A stretch of DNA of 64,000 nt from Microthyrium microscopicum (GCA_010405405.1 MU004235.1:1254538-1318537), one strand, 5' to 3'. Counted from the first letter of the stretch, positions 25,901 to 37,657 are shown. The notes: generated from the letters alone by a model not told the origin. Translations and numbers: made by a program.

Positions 25901-26941
25901 TCACAGATCCGAATAATCATATTTCCTCCCCCGTCCTCTGCCCTGCCTTGCAGACCCCTGCCTCCCTCGTCCCTGCGGCCTCTCCCTCTCCACGGCCGCA
26001 CCTGCCTCCACCGCCCCCATCGCCTCGCTCACCAACCGTGTCGCCTGTGCAAATATCCCGCCCATCACTCCTCCTCCCTGCCCAGACGAAGTCCCTGTCT
26101 CACGCATCTGCACTACACGACTACTCGCGCTGGTGCTCACGCGTCCACCTGTACGAACGCTGGTGGTTGCGCGGAATGCGGCGTTCACTTCACGGACTAC
26201 ATGGGTGGCGGCTGAGGCACCGCGCGATATAGCTTGTACGTCTTGCATGCTGACGCCGCGAGGGAGGGGGACGCGGTAGGAGCCTTTGAGGGCGAGTTGG
26301 TCTGGTTGGTTAGTAGTACGTGGGATGGTTTCGATCTCGGATTCAGTGTCGCTGTTGGGTTCGGAGATTGAGGTGGGATATTGCGTTACTGGGACGAGGG
26401 CGGCGGAATGGGTTGCGCGGGAGGCGGGCGTGCTTTTTGATGTTGTTGTTGCCGGACGAGTTGGCGTGTGGGTGGTGGTAGTCGTGCGCAGCTCATGAAC
26501 GTCGGTGACTGTTGATTCGAGACGGTAGTTTATCTCTTCGACGCGCGATTCGAGGATGGAGACGCGCTGGATTACGGTCTCGTCGGGGTTTGTGGAGAGT
26601 TGGGCGGTTTGAGGGGTGGAGGCGCTGCGGACGGCAAGTTTGCGTGGTTTGCGGCGTCGACGGCGCGATGATGCACGAGAGGAATTTGGTGACTGAATGC
26701 TGAGATCCTCTATAGTGGGATTCCTTATTGGTATAGGCTCTTGAGCTTCTGGTTCGCTTTCAACCTCTTCGACCACTGGACCGATTTGTTTCTGCTCTTG
26801 TTTGGACTCTTGTTTCTGTTCTTGTTTTGGTTCTTGTATGGCCGGTGTTTCTGATATTGATGCTGTAGGCTTGCGAGCTATTTTGCGCGGTCGCCGACGA
26901 CGCGCTGGCGCTGGCGATGGGTCTTGCTTTGATGTCTCCAT
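25901..26941 (-). CDS. Hypothetical low-complexity/coiled-coil protein, 346 aa
   Basis: Long open ORF with biased composition and QE(P/Q/S)K repeats; no family recognised. Confidence 0.65.
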   Translation of the reverse strand: METSKQDPSPAPARRRRPRKIARKPTASISETPAIQEPKQEQKQESKQEQKQIGPVVEEVESEPEAQEPIPIRNPTIEDLSIQSPNSSRASSRRRRRKPRKLAVRSASTPQTAQLSTNPDETVIQRVSILESRVEEINYRLESTVTDVHELRTTTTTHTPTRPATTTSKSTPASRATHSAALVPVTQYPTSISEPNSDTESEIETIPRTTNQPDQLALKGSYRVPLPRGVSMQDVQAISRGASAATHVVREVNAAFRATTSVRTGGRVSTSASSRVVQMRETGTSSGQGGGVMGGIFAQATRLVSEAMGAVEAGAAVERERPQGRGRQGSARQGRGRGRKYDYSDL

Positions 26942-27629
26942 TGTTTATAGGTACAGAAGTAAGTCAAACTAATTCAGACTAACAACCGTTAGAAGTTACG
27001 GCTTGTGGGCTTTGATGCAGCATGGCGAACTAGAACAAAATAACTGGGCACGTTGATATTGCGGCTGACGTCACAAGGCTGAATTGCCACGCGAGGGACA
27101 GGGGTCAAACATGCCATAAGGCTGACTTCTAACTACCACGTTTCCCTTAGGACAAATTAGGCTGTCAAGATGAACGCTGACTCAACTCTACATCTCGAGC
27201 TTATTTAATTGAATTAGGCCTCGAAATCAAAACATAGGCTGTTTTGCAATGGCGTACCTGGCTGTCGCGGCTATCATCACCACCTGTAATGACAGTCTAT
27301 CACGGGGATATCAGTAACTGTCTGTTCATGAACAAGACTTATGTTATTGTGGTCAGAGTCTTCTGAGGGCTCAAGCTAACTGCGTCCAAGATTTCACGAA
27401 ATCTGACACTCATTATATATGTGAGTCTAATGTTCAGATGATCCATGACACACTTCTAGCGATGACTTGTTCAAATACCCCAATGCAGTAAAATGTACGC
27501 CTTTTCCTATAAAGGAGAGAAATCATCATATCTTCATCAACTTTCTGGATCAATGGTAAACTGCAGTCGGAAATACAGAGCCTTTAATATCCCCATACTT
27601 GTAAATAAAAACCTGGTCAAGCAACTGAA

Positions 27630-28202
27630 ATGGATCAGTATGACCTCTTTCCAGCTGAAGTATCTCCACCTTTCAGCAATTGTCTCACAAATCTAAGATC
27701 CATGGCTCTCTTACAAGATGAGATCGACACTCTTGCTCAGAAGCATCAAATGGACATACCCAAGTCACAAGCTGGTTGCACTCGTCCGAATATAAACCTT
27801 ATCTGTGCAGCACTAGAGTATGAGATACTCCCACTTCTAGAACCGTACAATCGTAATATCCCATGGGTTGCTGATCCTCTTGAGGCTATGCCAAACTATG
27901 TAGAAAATAGTAAGTACCCTGAACAATATGTCAAACCCAAATGATACTAAGTCAGCGACGCTACAGCTATGAATCATATGTGTGCCACAAGAGATGCGCT
28001 GGATCGGAGTGGATATTCTCAGAGCATTGATGGGCGCGAAGATTTAAAATATGAGGAAAACCGTCAGATATGCGAACAGCAAGCTCGCGCAAGCGCTGCC
28101 GCTGTAGAAGTACAGTGGATCCAAATTAAGCAAGTGATGATGCATATTTTAGATGGAAAGCGTAGAGAGAAGCACATGAATAAGGATTCTTACATTCTTT
28201 GA
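27630..28202 (+). CDS. Small helical orphan protein, 2 exons
   Basis: GTAAGT 27910...TACTAAG...CTACAG 27966 joins two ORFs in frame; TATAAA near 27509. Confidence 0.5.
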
Positions 28203-28936
28203 TATAACATTCACGGGCTTTGCTCTGAGTCTGTGAGGACATCCGTAACTTTTCGCTCCATTCTTTTATTCTTGGGGTTCGTGCTTTGTCACTTTATTTA
28301 ATCACTCCTGGCAAGTTTATCGTCAGGGCTAGACAAGAAGATGAGTTATCATTGCTTGGAGTAACCTCCGATTGAACACAAATCTCAATATTATTTCTTT
28401 TGACACTTTTACTTTTGACCAGTAAAGAACAGACTGCACGCAAAACAATGAATCTCAATGGCTTCTAAAATCGAAATTCAAAACCCATTCCCTGTTACAA
28501 TAGCTAAAGATCTGTCATTGCCAGGTTAACAAAACATTACATTACATCTCAGTTAGTAGAAGCAAGAGTTGTGTGACGAATAAGCTATCATGTGGGAAGT
28601 GGTTGAATACTTACTTAGTATTTAGTTTGACCAAAGATATATAGAGCTACAATCAAACCAGTAATCTAGGATTGCCTTGAGAAGACACTTGGGCCTTCAG
28701 TAGATTCTTCCTCACGGTGAAGAATGGTAAGTCATTTTTTTGATTCTTTCTCAATTCAATTGGGTTGACATTAATTAAGTATGTTGTGCACCGTGAAAAC
28801 CCACTTGTCTGGCTGATATATAAAGAGGGCCCAACCCGCTGAATGATGCAAAGCCAGTTCAACAGGAAGCCGTATCTCTCAAGAGCCTACATCCGACTGA
28901 AGTCTACACTAAAGATTACTAGACAACAACTTCAAG

Positions 28937-29421
28937 ATGTGTGACCCGGGCAATGATGTCCTATCCACTATCATAGCCGATTTAAGCTTGACAGCATCGT
29001 ATAGAGCCAAGATTGAACTGTCTTTGCCAGACATATCAAGTAAAAGACCGCACAACGATATGTTCATATGCTTTAGAGAAGAAATTGTCAATCTAATAAC
29101 CACACTCCACGCCAAAGTCAACCCAGTGTTTTATGCTGGAATGGTAAATGCTGTAATGTTGGAAGATCTTCATAAACTGGCAAATTTTGTCAAGGAGAGT
29201 AGGTTATTCAGGCAAAACAACTGACATGACTTTAAACTTATTGAACCGCAGTGAACTCAGAATTGTGGGACCTACAGAAGCAACTTTCTGATTGTGGAGA
29301 TCCGGTTCCAGGCATGGTCAGACCTTACTGCCAATCCGCATTCAAGAAATTCATGCCAGTGAGAAAAGGTGTGGATTCTCTTGTACAGCACGCATCCTCA
29401 GCTTATATTGGCATGTTTTAG
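28937..29421 (+). CDS. Small helical orphan protein, about 143 aa, 2 exons
   Basis: Intron GTAGGT 29199...CCGCAG 29251 gives an open second exon ending SAYIGMF*; TATATAAA upstream. Confidence 0.55.
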
Positions 29422-29895
29422 GACAGTCAGTGATATATGCACTCAATGTAGCCAATCAGCAACGAGATCAATCAGCCTTACAGCCTCATGGTAAACGTCA
29501 TGCTCAGCCTTATGCTCAGCCTTATACCAATTATATCATGAAGTATAGTCTCTTATGTGTCAAAACAATCTTCTATACGTCACATCAAGAAGCAGTATTA
29601 CCAAAGTTTCAGTCATTAAGTACTTGTTTGATTCCAACAATCTGCCAAGAAATCAAGTGATAAACCATACAAGTCTTCCCTAGTACACGATGCCGCACCC
29701 TGATCGACCGAGAGAATTTCAAGCAAAACAGTAAATGATCTCGCCCTTATTAGTACTGTCGCCTAAACAAAAACTTAAAAAGGCAGCAAGGATAGCCACA
29801 AGATTTGAGAATCTTTGGCATTCCAACCGAAACCAAAACCTAAAAGAGTGTTCAACCATCTGTGTAATGTGCCTCTTGATACAAAGTCCCGGCTT

Positions 29896-29911
29896 CTACA
29901 AGCCAGTGTAG
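29896..29911 (-). promoter_or_regulatory. 3'-UTR hairpin CUACA-CUGGCU-UGUAG (SRE-like), copy 1
   Basis: About 40 nt after the stop of the 29950-30648 gene; conserved in 3 paralog loci. Confidence 0.55.
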
Positions 29912-29949
29912 TAAGCTTGAAACGCTTCAGGTCTTCGTCATGGTTCTAC

Positions 29950-30648
29950 CTAGGAAGCTGAACGCCGTGCCTCGACCGATCTTACGCTGTGTACTTCACC
30001 CACCCCTAGGGGATAATAGCTGTTGATCATCCTACACTGCCATACTAGACGGTACCAATGCTCTCTGGCCCCGTTGTGTGGATCATTGAGAGCATCTCGA
30101 ATATCCTCTACCCATTGGCGCACGGCTTCTTGAGCTTCTTCGTCTTCATCGTAGCCTTCCTCCCCTAGAACGTTTTAGAACCTCCTGTTTTCTAGAAACA
30201 TTCCACAATTGTAGATTGAGAAGCTTACCTAGTAGGTCTCTAATGGTTTCGTAAGCATTCCAGATAACCTCGCCATTTTCCTCGACTAGATTGATTCATG
30301 AGTCAATGATTTGTGCTAATCGTCCTTTCACACATGAGTACTCTTACTTTTTCTCATCCATTCCTCGGCTTCATTGGCAAGTTCCCCTAGACGAGTCCAG
30401 TTCTGAGAACTGCCTTCAGGAATTGCAGGTACATATGCACGAGCTGCATGCATGATAAGATACACGAAAGTGAGTTGATCCTTCCGATCCCATATTGTGC
30501 AGTTGAGGGGGATTCCTGCCGCCCTGAGAGTGGCTTGTAGACTATGGATTTGTTCTATCCGGGATCTCATATGTACATACTGGTCGTCAACCCCTTTCCA
30601 GGCTGAAACGACACCGTTCCGGTAGTCTATCCAGGACAACACTGGCAT
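29950..30648 (-). CDS. Orphan family member A, about 190 aa, 3 exons
   Basis: Two GTAAG..TAG introns give a continuous ORF ...GAREHWYRLVWQCRMINSYY...RSAS*. Confidence 0.65.
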
Positions 30649-30718
30649 CGTTATGATCGATATAGTAGGAAGCTTGTTATTGGAAATGGTTTCCTAAGTA
30701 GGTGTCAGGCTATTCGAA

Positions 30719-30965
30719 TTATGATTGTTTACAAAGATGTAATTGACGTGCACCAGGCACGTATTGAAGTATTGATGTTTTGGGAATGATGAATCAAGAG
30801 AGCAATGAGAAGAGCACACATTATTATACTACATTGGATTTGAATAGTCGTTTGATAGTGGTAACTACTTTCCTTGATCGTTTGGCCGTGGTGTTTACCT
30901 TTTAGAAGATAGACACTCATTCTGACCTCTGCTCTACAAACGTTGGTGTCAACACTGATCAGGAA
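30719..30965 (-). repeat. Conserved upstream promoter/5'-UTR block, copy 1
   Basis: Shares ATGATTGTT, TGCACCAGGCA, a TATA-like box and AGTCGTTTGA.TAGYGGTA.CTAC with 32857-33090 and 34738-34910. Confidence 0.85.
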
Positions 30966-32185
30966 GCACCCAGAAAAGAACATCCATGTCACTGGAAAAC
31001 GCACTTGGGTCGCTTTATGCATCTACGAAGGTTATTGAAACGTTTGGCTCTACCTATTAGACAGTTGTTCATCACAGAATCCGCGATATCCGTTTTTGTA
31101 GCTCTCAGTATCGATATATACATGGGCAAACTCTTATACCTTCGAAATTCAAGCTCTTCAGACTGTACGGCTCGGCCTGAAAGAAGACCTTTTCGGTTTT
31201 TGTCTTATGTCGGAAGACGAAGTTTGATTTGTGGTCAAAGCTATTGGAAAGGGACATGCCTCTGATACTGAGACTGAGAAGCAAGAACTTCTGGAACAGT
31301 GGAAAGTACAGAACATCTACTCGAGGAAGGTGAGTGCATAATCCTCTGATTATGAGCAGGAGAGAGTACAAGCTGATCAAGATTATCCACTAGTCGTACG
31401 ATACGTGCACTGCGCGCTCAGAGAAGTTAAGCGTACTTGTGTCAATCCTGAGCAGGTTAAAGAGTGGCTTATGACCAGCAGGTGGTATTGATATCACTCA
31501 ATGGGGGCTGCAAAAGACATGAGTTGTTGATTAAGATGACATACCTTGGCACCTGTTAGATGGCAACAGAAGTATCAATGGATCCGGTGATGTAGTAACG
31601 AAGCAGTCAAAACTAGTTTGAAAACATCTTGTTTCCCGTAGTGAATTCTACTCTGTTTTGCCTATGTAGATAACTCATGGTTGCAATATGGCTAGCCTGA
31701 GCAGTATCTGTGATATGTTATTATCAAAGATTAGCTTTTTAGGCGCTTATCTTGCGGAAGCATTTATGTGTGGTTTTCTTGGTTATGAGACTTAGGATTA
31801 CGTTGTTCTACCACTACATAGAGACAATGGTAAGTTCAGGTTGTTTTCATATACCGTCATTTTCGTAACTGAGCCAACTTGACATAATGAGCGATCAATG
31901 GCGAAGGCCTTCCCTACACTAATCGCATAGAGCTTCCACAATTTCCAGACGAAACATGAACAGGAGACATCATCAGCCTTGATATTTTCACCGTAGAAGA
32001 TAGACGAAGACCTAGTGATGCCCTCATAAATCCAACGACAAAGGAGTGATCGACAGTAAAAGAAACTCACCGCCTAAATTTGGAAGCACCAGTGAACACC
32101 ACATTAGAAGCAGAAAAGGCATAATCAAAAGCAAAGGAGTGCCCAGAAAATCAATGTCTCCTACCGTACATAGCAAATGAAGCTT

Positions 32186-32201
32186 CTACAATCCGGTGTA
32201 G
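32186..32201 (-). promoter_or_regulatory. 3'-UTR hairpin CUACA-CCGGAU-UGUAG (SRE-like), copy 2
   Basis: Same stem as copies 1 and 3; loop differs but still fits CNGGNN. Confidence 0.55.
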
Positions 32202-32301
32202 TGCGCATGAAAACATCATTCGGAACAGTTCCTTCTGCCTCAATCCTTGGGTCGTGTACCGCGACAAATCACCTTGTGAAGGCGAACTTTTGCTCGCATA
32301 A

Positions 32302-32771
32302 TCATCCCCTCCAGGTGCGTTCAATTTCTTTTGCGGCTTCAACAGCGAGTGCCCAATGCTCTTTGGTCCCGACTGTATCGTTTTCAATCTTGGCGACATC
32401 GCGATTAGGCTTTCCTGCCTCCTCTAGTATGGAAGTCACCCCTAGAAGGGCTATATTTGAACCTTCAATTAGCATGTTGCTCTAAGTCAAATTCATACTT
32501 GGATATACATACCTTCCCGAACGCGGTCACAAAGCGTAATCTCGTCGCCGCCAATATAGGCATTGGAATGCTTTCCCTGCTTAATAATTCGGTCTACTAA
32601 TGCGAGCTCGTAGGGATCCAATATCAAGGTTATGCCTGCTTCATGAAGTATACCCAAAGTTGTGGGGATATCTGTCATTCTGAATATGAGCTGAAAGAGG
32701 TTGAGATCCATGTTGTGCCATGTCGCTAGCTGAGGTGGTTCTGGATAGTCTGGTGAGCCTGTGGAGGCCAT
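32302..32771 (-). CDS. Orphan family member B, about 140 aa, 2 exons
   Basis: Intron GTATGT...GCTAAT..AAG; exon 2 reads ...EEAGKPNRD...GTKEHWALAVEAAKEIERTWRG*. Confidence 0.65.
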
Positions 32772-32856
32772 AAAATTGCCGACAAGAAATGGTATCGTGC
32801 GAGGGCTGTCAGCTTGATGATACTGGTGTAGAAAGAAATAATAGTGTTCTGCAGGT

Positions 32857-33090
32857 GATGATTGTTTTCAAATTTGTATTTGATGTGCACCAGGCACGAA
32901 TTGCTGTATTGATGTTTAGAAGTATTGTTATGTTGTGATGAAGGAAATATGAGTAAGAACAAGAGATCACATTATTTTTATACAGAATTGAAGCTGGACA
33001 GTCGTTTGAATAGTGGTATCTACGTTCTATGAGATAGACGCTGATTCTGGCCTCTGACCAGCAAACGTTGATACCAACACTGTTCATGAA
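32857..33090 (-). repeat. Conserved upstream promoter/5'-UTR block, copy 2
   Basis: Aligns by eye with 30719-30965 over about 230 bp. Confidence 0.85.
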
Positions 33091-33466
33091 CCATTTGTAG
33101 ACACCGGAGTAAACCAGCTCCCACACGTCCCGTTGAGCGACCTTATTGCCCCTTTCTAAAGAAGACATATGTGATACTTTTCCGGTCCAATTAGTAGCTC
33201 AAACGAAGCCTAAGTAACAATCTCTTCCAGGCTCGCTATGACGATTTTCACTGTTACTTGGTCTCCTTAATCGTTGGCCTCATCCTGTCTTCACTCTTGC
33301 ACATAATCATGCCGTCACAAGTGCATTGATCCCCGCTGCGACTGGAACAAAAGCGGACAATCAGCGATGTATTATGCCACAATCAGATTTACATACCTTT
33401 GACAAGGTGACATTCCAAGAGCTTCAAGCGTTCGGCCAAACGAGCGGGCTCCGTGTCAGTGTTACG

Positions 33467-33545
33467 TTTGCCTTTTAATGCTTCAGTTTGCCTTTTAATG
33501 CTTCAGTTTGCCTTTTAATGCTTCAGTTTGCCCTTTAATGCTTCA
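33467..33545. repeat. Tandem 20-bp repeat TTTGCCYTTTAATGCTTCAG, about 4 copies
   Basis: Three perfect units and one unit with a single mismatch. Confidence 0.95.
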
Positions 33546-34064
33546 AGCAGGGTCTTCAACCAGGTCATCTTGTTGGTCACATCGTCTTTGTCCATGAGGA
33601 TAAGGTGGCCGTAACTGTAGCTGCCAACAAGGCGTATCGAGCAAGCTCCGTTCACTTCAATCATCCCGAGGCAACAATGTATATCTAGATGATACCTTTT
33701 TCTTGAAGCTAGAGTCCAGTGGGACAATCACGCCGTTGAAGCTTCTTATTCGAGATATCTTGTTACAAAGATGTGAATTTGATTGTGCATTCAAGCCAAA
33801 AGAGCGGCCAACCATGAAAGTTTGCCTGTACGATCTGCACAAAGCTTTCACAATCTAACTAAACGCAATAAAGAAAAGGATTATTCAGCCATGAATCTCT
33901 GTCTCTGTAAGGAATACTCTGTACGTACTCTTTACAGAGTAAGCCGACCTCCTCAATCGCTCCCGCATATCAAGAAGATATCAACCGTGCCCGCGTGCCT
34001 TGTACAAGACCATCGAAACGAGCCAACTTGATCCTTCTTCTCGGTAACAAGATAAATACAGCTA

Positions 34065-34080
34065 CTACAAGCCAGTGTAG
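34065..34080 (-). promoter_or_regulatory. 3'-UTR hairpin CUACA-CUGGCU-UGUAG (SRE-like), copy 3
   Basis: About 60 nt after the stop of the 34143-34651 gene; stem extends (UA/UA, AGCU/AGCU). Confidence 0.55.
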
Positions 34081-34142
34081 TAAGCTTCGAAAACCTCATT
34101 CCATGTCCATTCATGCTTTGCTAAGCTTGTCATTTCCACAGA

Positions 34143-34651
34143 TCATGTACCCTTGATATCATCTCCCCACTCTATATTGATCCTCTGACACTCCTCGACG
34201 ATCGGCTGCCAAATTTTCTTGAATTCCTCGTTAAGCCGCTTCATTTCTTCATCATTGGGTTCAGGCTTGCCCGCCTCAGCCTGCATGGCTGTGTGAATTT
34301 CCTGAGCTATCAATGAACCATGAATCAGTGGATTGACCCCTTAGGAATCTAATAGTATTCGATGAGGCATACCTTTCTCGAACAAGCTCGGAGAAGCGGG
34401 ACTTGAGCGTTCAAGTTTATCCTAATGGAAGGCTCGCGTTCCGCGCGATAGGTCCTGTAAGTTTCGTATCCATTCATTACGATATTGTCTACTGTCTGTA
34501 CGTCGTCCTTTATGTCGCTGTAGTCAGAAGTTTTGGGTGTCTCGTAAAAGATACCCCCCTCCGTGTTGAGGAAGAGCTTCCAGGCGTGGGTGATGACTTT
34601 CCAATTGGATGGCTCGGATGGCTCGGATGGCTCGGACGGCTCGGATGCCAT
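34143..34651 (-). CDS. Orphan family member C, about 145 aa, 2 exons, N-terminal SEP repeats
   Basis: MASEPSEPSEPS...RACSRK|EIHTAMQAEAGKP...KIWQPIVEECQRINIEW..; acceptor choice (CTCAG at about 34302) is uncertain. Confidence 0.55.
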
Positions 34652-34737
34652 GTTTTTAGCTATAGAAAGACGGTCCGGGAATGTTTTGTCTGGGTTGAAT
34701 CGATGGATATAGAAAGCGATAATCGTATTGTTCAAGT

Positions 34738-34910
34738 AATGATTGTTCTCAGAGTTGTCGTAATTGATATGCACCAGGCATATATTGCAGTAGTAAAGTA
34801 AGTAAAGTGTTGATGTGTGGTGATTAAAGAAACAAGAGTAAGATCCAGACAGCACATATTCTTATACCACATCGGACCTAGAAAGTCGTTTGATAGCGGT
34901 AACTACTTGA
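34738..34910 (-). repeat. Conserved upstream promoter/5'-UTR block, copy 3
   Basis: Same motifs in the same order as copies 1 and 2. Confidence 0.8.
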
Positions 34911-35514
34911 TTGAATGTAAACGGTGTTTCTGGTATTCGCGAAAAGGCTGTGCGCCTAGCTGGTTTGAATATAGCGTTGGATAGTCACGTAATGGGTTTG
35001 GAAAGATGTTTGACTTTGATATCTTAGGGGGTAGTTTCATGTTGCATGGCATTTGGGGGTGAAAGCTGAACATGTTATCTCAGAATGAATGTTTGCAACT
35101 ATAAGATAATGCTATGGTTACTCTAAACCAGCTTTGCTCATCAATGGCAGACGAAAAAATGAACTGAATATCGCTGTGGCCGAGGCTTACTGTAGCTAGC
35201 TACATGGAGAAGATATTCACAGGACGTTGGCGAATCTGGCAGCCATTCCCCCTTTCTAGTGTGTTTACACTGAAGTGTCGTAATTTCCAATGACCGCCAC
35301 GGCGATTGGACTGCTGGTCAGAACGATGAGATAAGAGCATTCCATCAAAGATATATTGTCTAACGATGCTATGTATCCGACGTATCCAAACGTCTCATGC
35401 TATATGCAATGCAAAACCGAAATATCTAACCACCCATGCAATCACAAAACCACCAGCCTCTGCTATACCCGCTTCCATATCAAAGAGGCAGCTCGTCATC
35501 GGACCACGCAGTCA

Positions 35515-37657
35515 CTATGCTCGCTGAGCTTTACCACTGAGCACTTCTCGCGGCAAGCATGCAAATACGGTGCTAACAACCGCCATAATCGTGCTAGCAA
35601 TGAGCAGTCCCCAATTCAGCATCTTCTCACTCTTCCCAAACTCATGTCCAAACAGCCTCAAATGAAAGCCAACAGGCAACATAATGCAGATACTGAAGCA
35701 GCAAACAGAGCCCAGCAGTGTCATGATGCGATCAAAAGATGGGAATAGCATCGCAATGACTACGAACACCACTACAATGCCAACGCGGATCAGGACGCGC
35801 GCGAGATTGGCGCCAAACGAAAACCGTGAGCTGTTTCCTTCTTCTTCACTGCCATGTCCATGGGACATGTTTCCATAGTCAACGAGGCCAAAGATAACTT
35901 CGACAGTCGTGACGATCGGGCGCGCATTGAGCGGGACTTTGGTGAGAGGGATGATGGCGATGCAGATGACGATGAATAGTGAAAGGCCTGGTGGGTAGGC
36001 GTCGCCTAGTAAGAGAATGTTGCTGGTGATTTCGTCGTGGACGCCATCGCCGAACATGAGGAGGCCGATGACGGCCATGCCAAGGTCGAGGGCGCCGGTG
36101 AAGATGTAGGTGATGTTGACAGCGCGACGGTACTTGTAGGGGTGGCGCATGTCGCGGTAGATATTGGGGAAGACGGAGTGTCCGCCCCATGGGGACATTA
36201 GGAGACCGAAGGCGAGTGGGACGGTTTGCCACCGTTGCGGGAAGAGGTAAGTGGTTGCTGGAGCGCGGAGAGAGCCTGGGGTTTCTGGTTTGAGAATGCC
36301 ATCTGTGACGACGGCAAGGAAGACTGTATGCGTTTAGTTTAGTGCTAAGAGGTATTTGATAGTAAACTTACTGCCGAGGCAGCTCAAGATTCCCAAAACG
36401 CTGGTGAAGCTCAAGAGACGCAGAGGGAGGAAGCTTAGCGGAATAAGAAGAATGCCGCAGAAGAGCTTCCATGCAAGTACGCTCCATCCGGGCAATAGAG
36501 CGTTCAAGCTATCAGCAAACAGAATAATTAATGCAACGCAAGCGGCAATAAGTTCCAAGCTAAACAAAATGCTGGTGGCAATGCGAGCTCGTGGTCCAAA
36601 TGAGACATACGCTAAATCGGCAAACGTGACGAGTGAGTTATCTACGTCCAAGCATTTTGCGAGAAGTTTGGCGGTGTACTGAGTAGACAGCACGGCGAAA
36701 AAGAAAAATACTATGCCGATCACCCATCCGGAATATAGCAGTCCCAATGGCATACTGAGAAGACCCACGCCAATCAAGACATTGATAGAGTTGAAAACAG
36801 TCTGTGGTAATGTCGACCGCCCAACAACGACGTTGTATACCACCCCATCTTCTTCAACTTGCTTCAGCACGAGTGGCTCCAGCTCCGGCTCTACCTCCGC
36901 TCCAGTGATGTTTTTGACTTGTTCCTCATTGAAGATCTGGGCAGCGTGAACCATACTAGGCTGACGCGGCCGAGCTTGTCGACTGCCGTACATGGTGCCA
37001 TATGAGCCGCCGAAACCAGAAGCTAGAGAGGGCTCGACAGCGAATATCGAGTCCGTCCATGATGGTGGAACTCTACCAATCCTACTAGAGCTTGCACGCA
37101 ACGGAGTCTCTTCTGTTGGTGTGACCTCTCCTTCTCCACCACGAGACTCGTCTATAACATTATCCGATCCACGACGGCCCTCTTCGAGTGCTTGACGAAG
37201 CAATGATCTCGACGCATCAGGAGAGTTTTCGATATCGCTTTTGAGATAGGATGGTTCTCCTTCTTCATCGTTTGCAAATCGGAAGGACGGGCGGATAGGA
37301 GCGATTTCGTGAAAACCGGCAGCACGCTGCCATGATTGGGCAAAGTTATCAATTGAGTTGACACCACCAATCTGCCGAAGCTGATTGATCTTGACATTGA
37401 ATGAAGACCTTGATAATTGGTTAGCTTATTTCCTTGGTCGATATGGAACACGCGTACCTCCGTCGTCGGAGAACATGAAGTCGATCGTCATCATCACCTT
37501 GGTGCGAGGTTGACGATGTTCTGCTAGGCTGTCCATGGCGAGGCGGACTCTGGCTCTCATCCCATTGCACTCTACTTCCAATTGAACCTGGAGAGCCAGC
37601 TCGGCCACCACTCTCGTAGTTTTGCCATGTTGACGGCTGTTTTCCTGGCGTGCTCAT
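35515..37657 (-). CDS. AVT1: Vacuolar amino acid transporter (AVT1-like, AAAP family)
   Basis: STLPQTVFNSINVLIGVGLLSMPLG, PWGGHSVFPNIYRDMRHP, PLTKVPLNARP; many TM segments. Confidence 0.9.

Noticed and set aside
27250..29450. SRE-like hairpins around the two plus-strand orphans
   Set aside because: CNGG words are present but without convincing stems, and the shared upstream block is absent
30729..34855. Similar peptides NINT(S/A)IRAWCTS / CLVHI in ORFs 30729-31022, 32726-33168 and the 5' extension of 34349-34855
   Set aside because: Translations of the conserved non-coding upstream block in inconsistent frames, not a protein family
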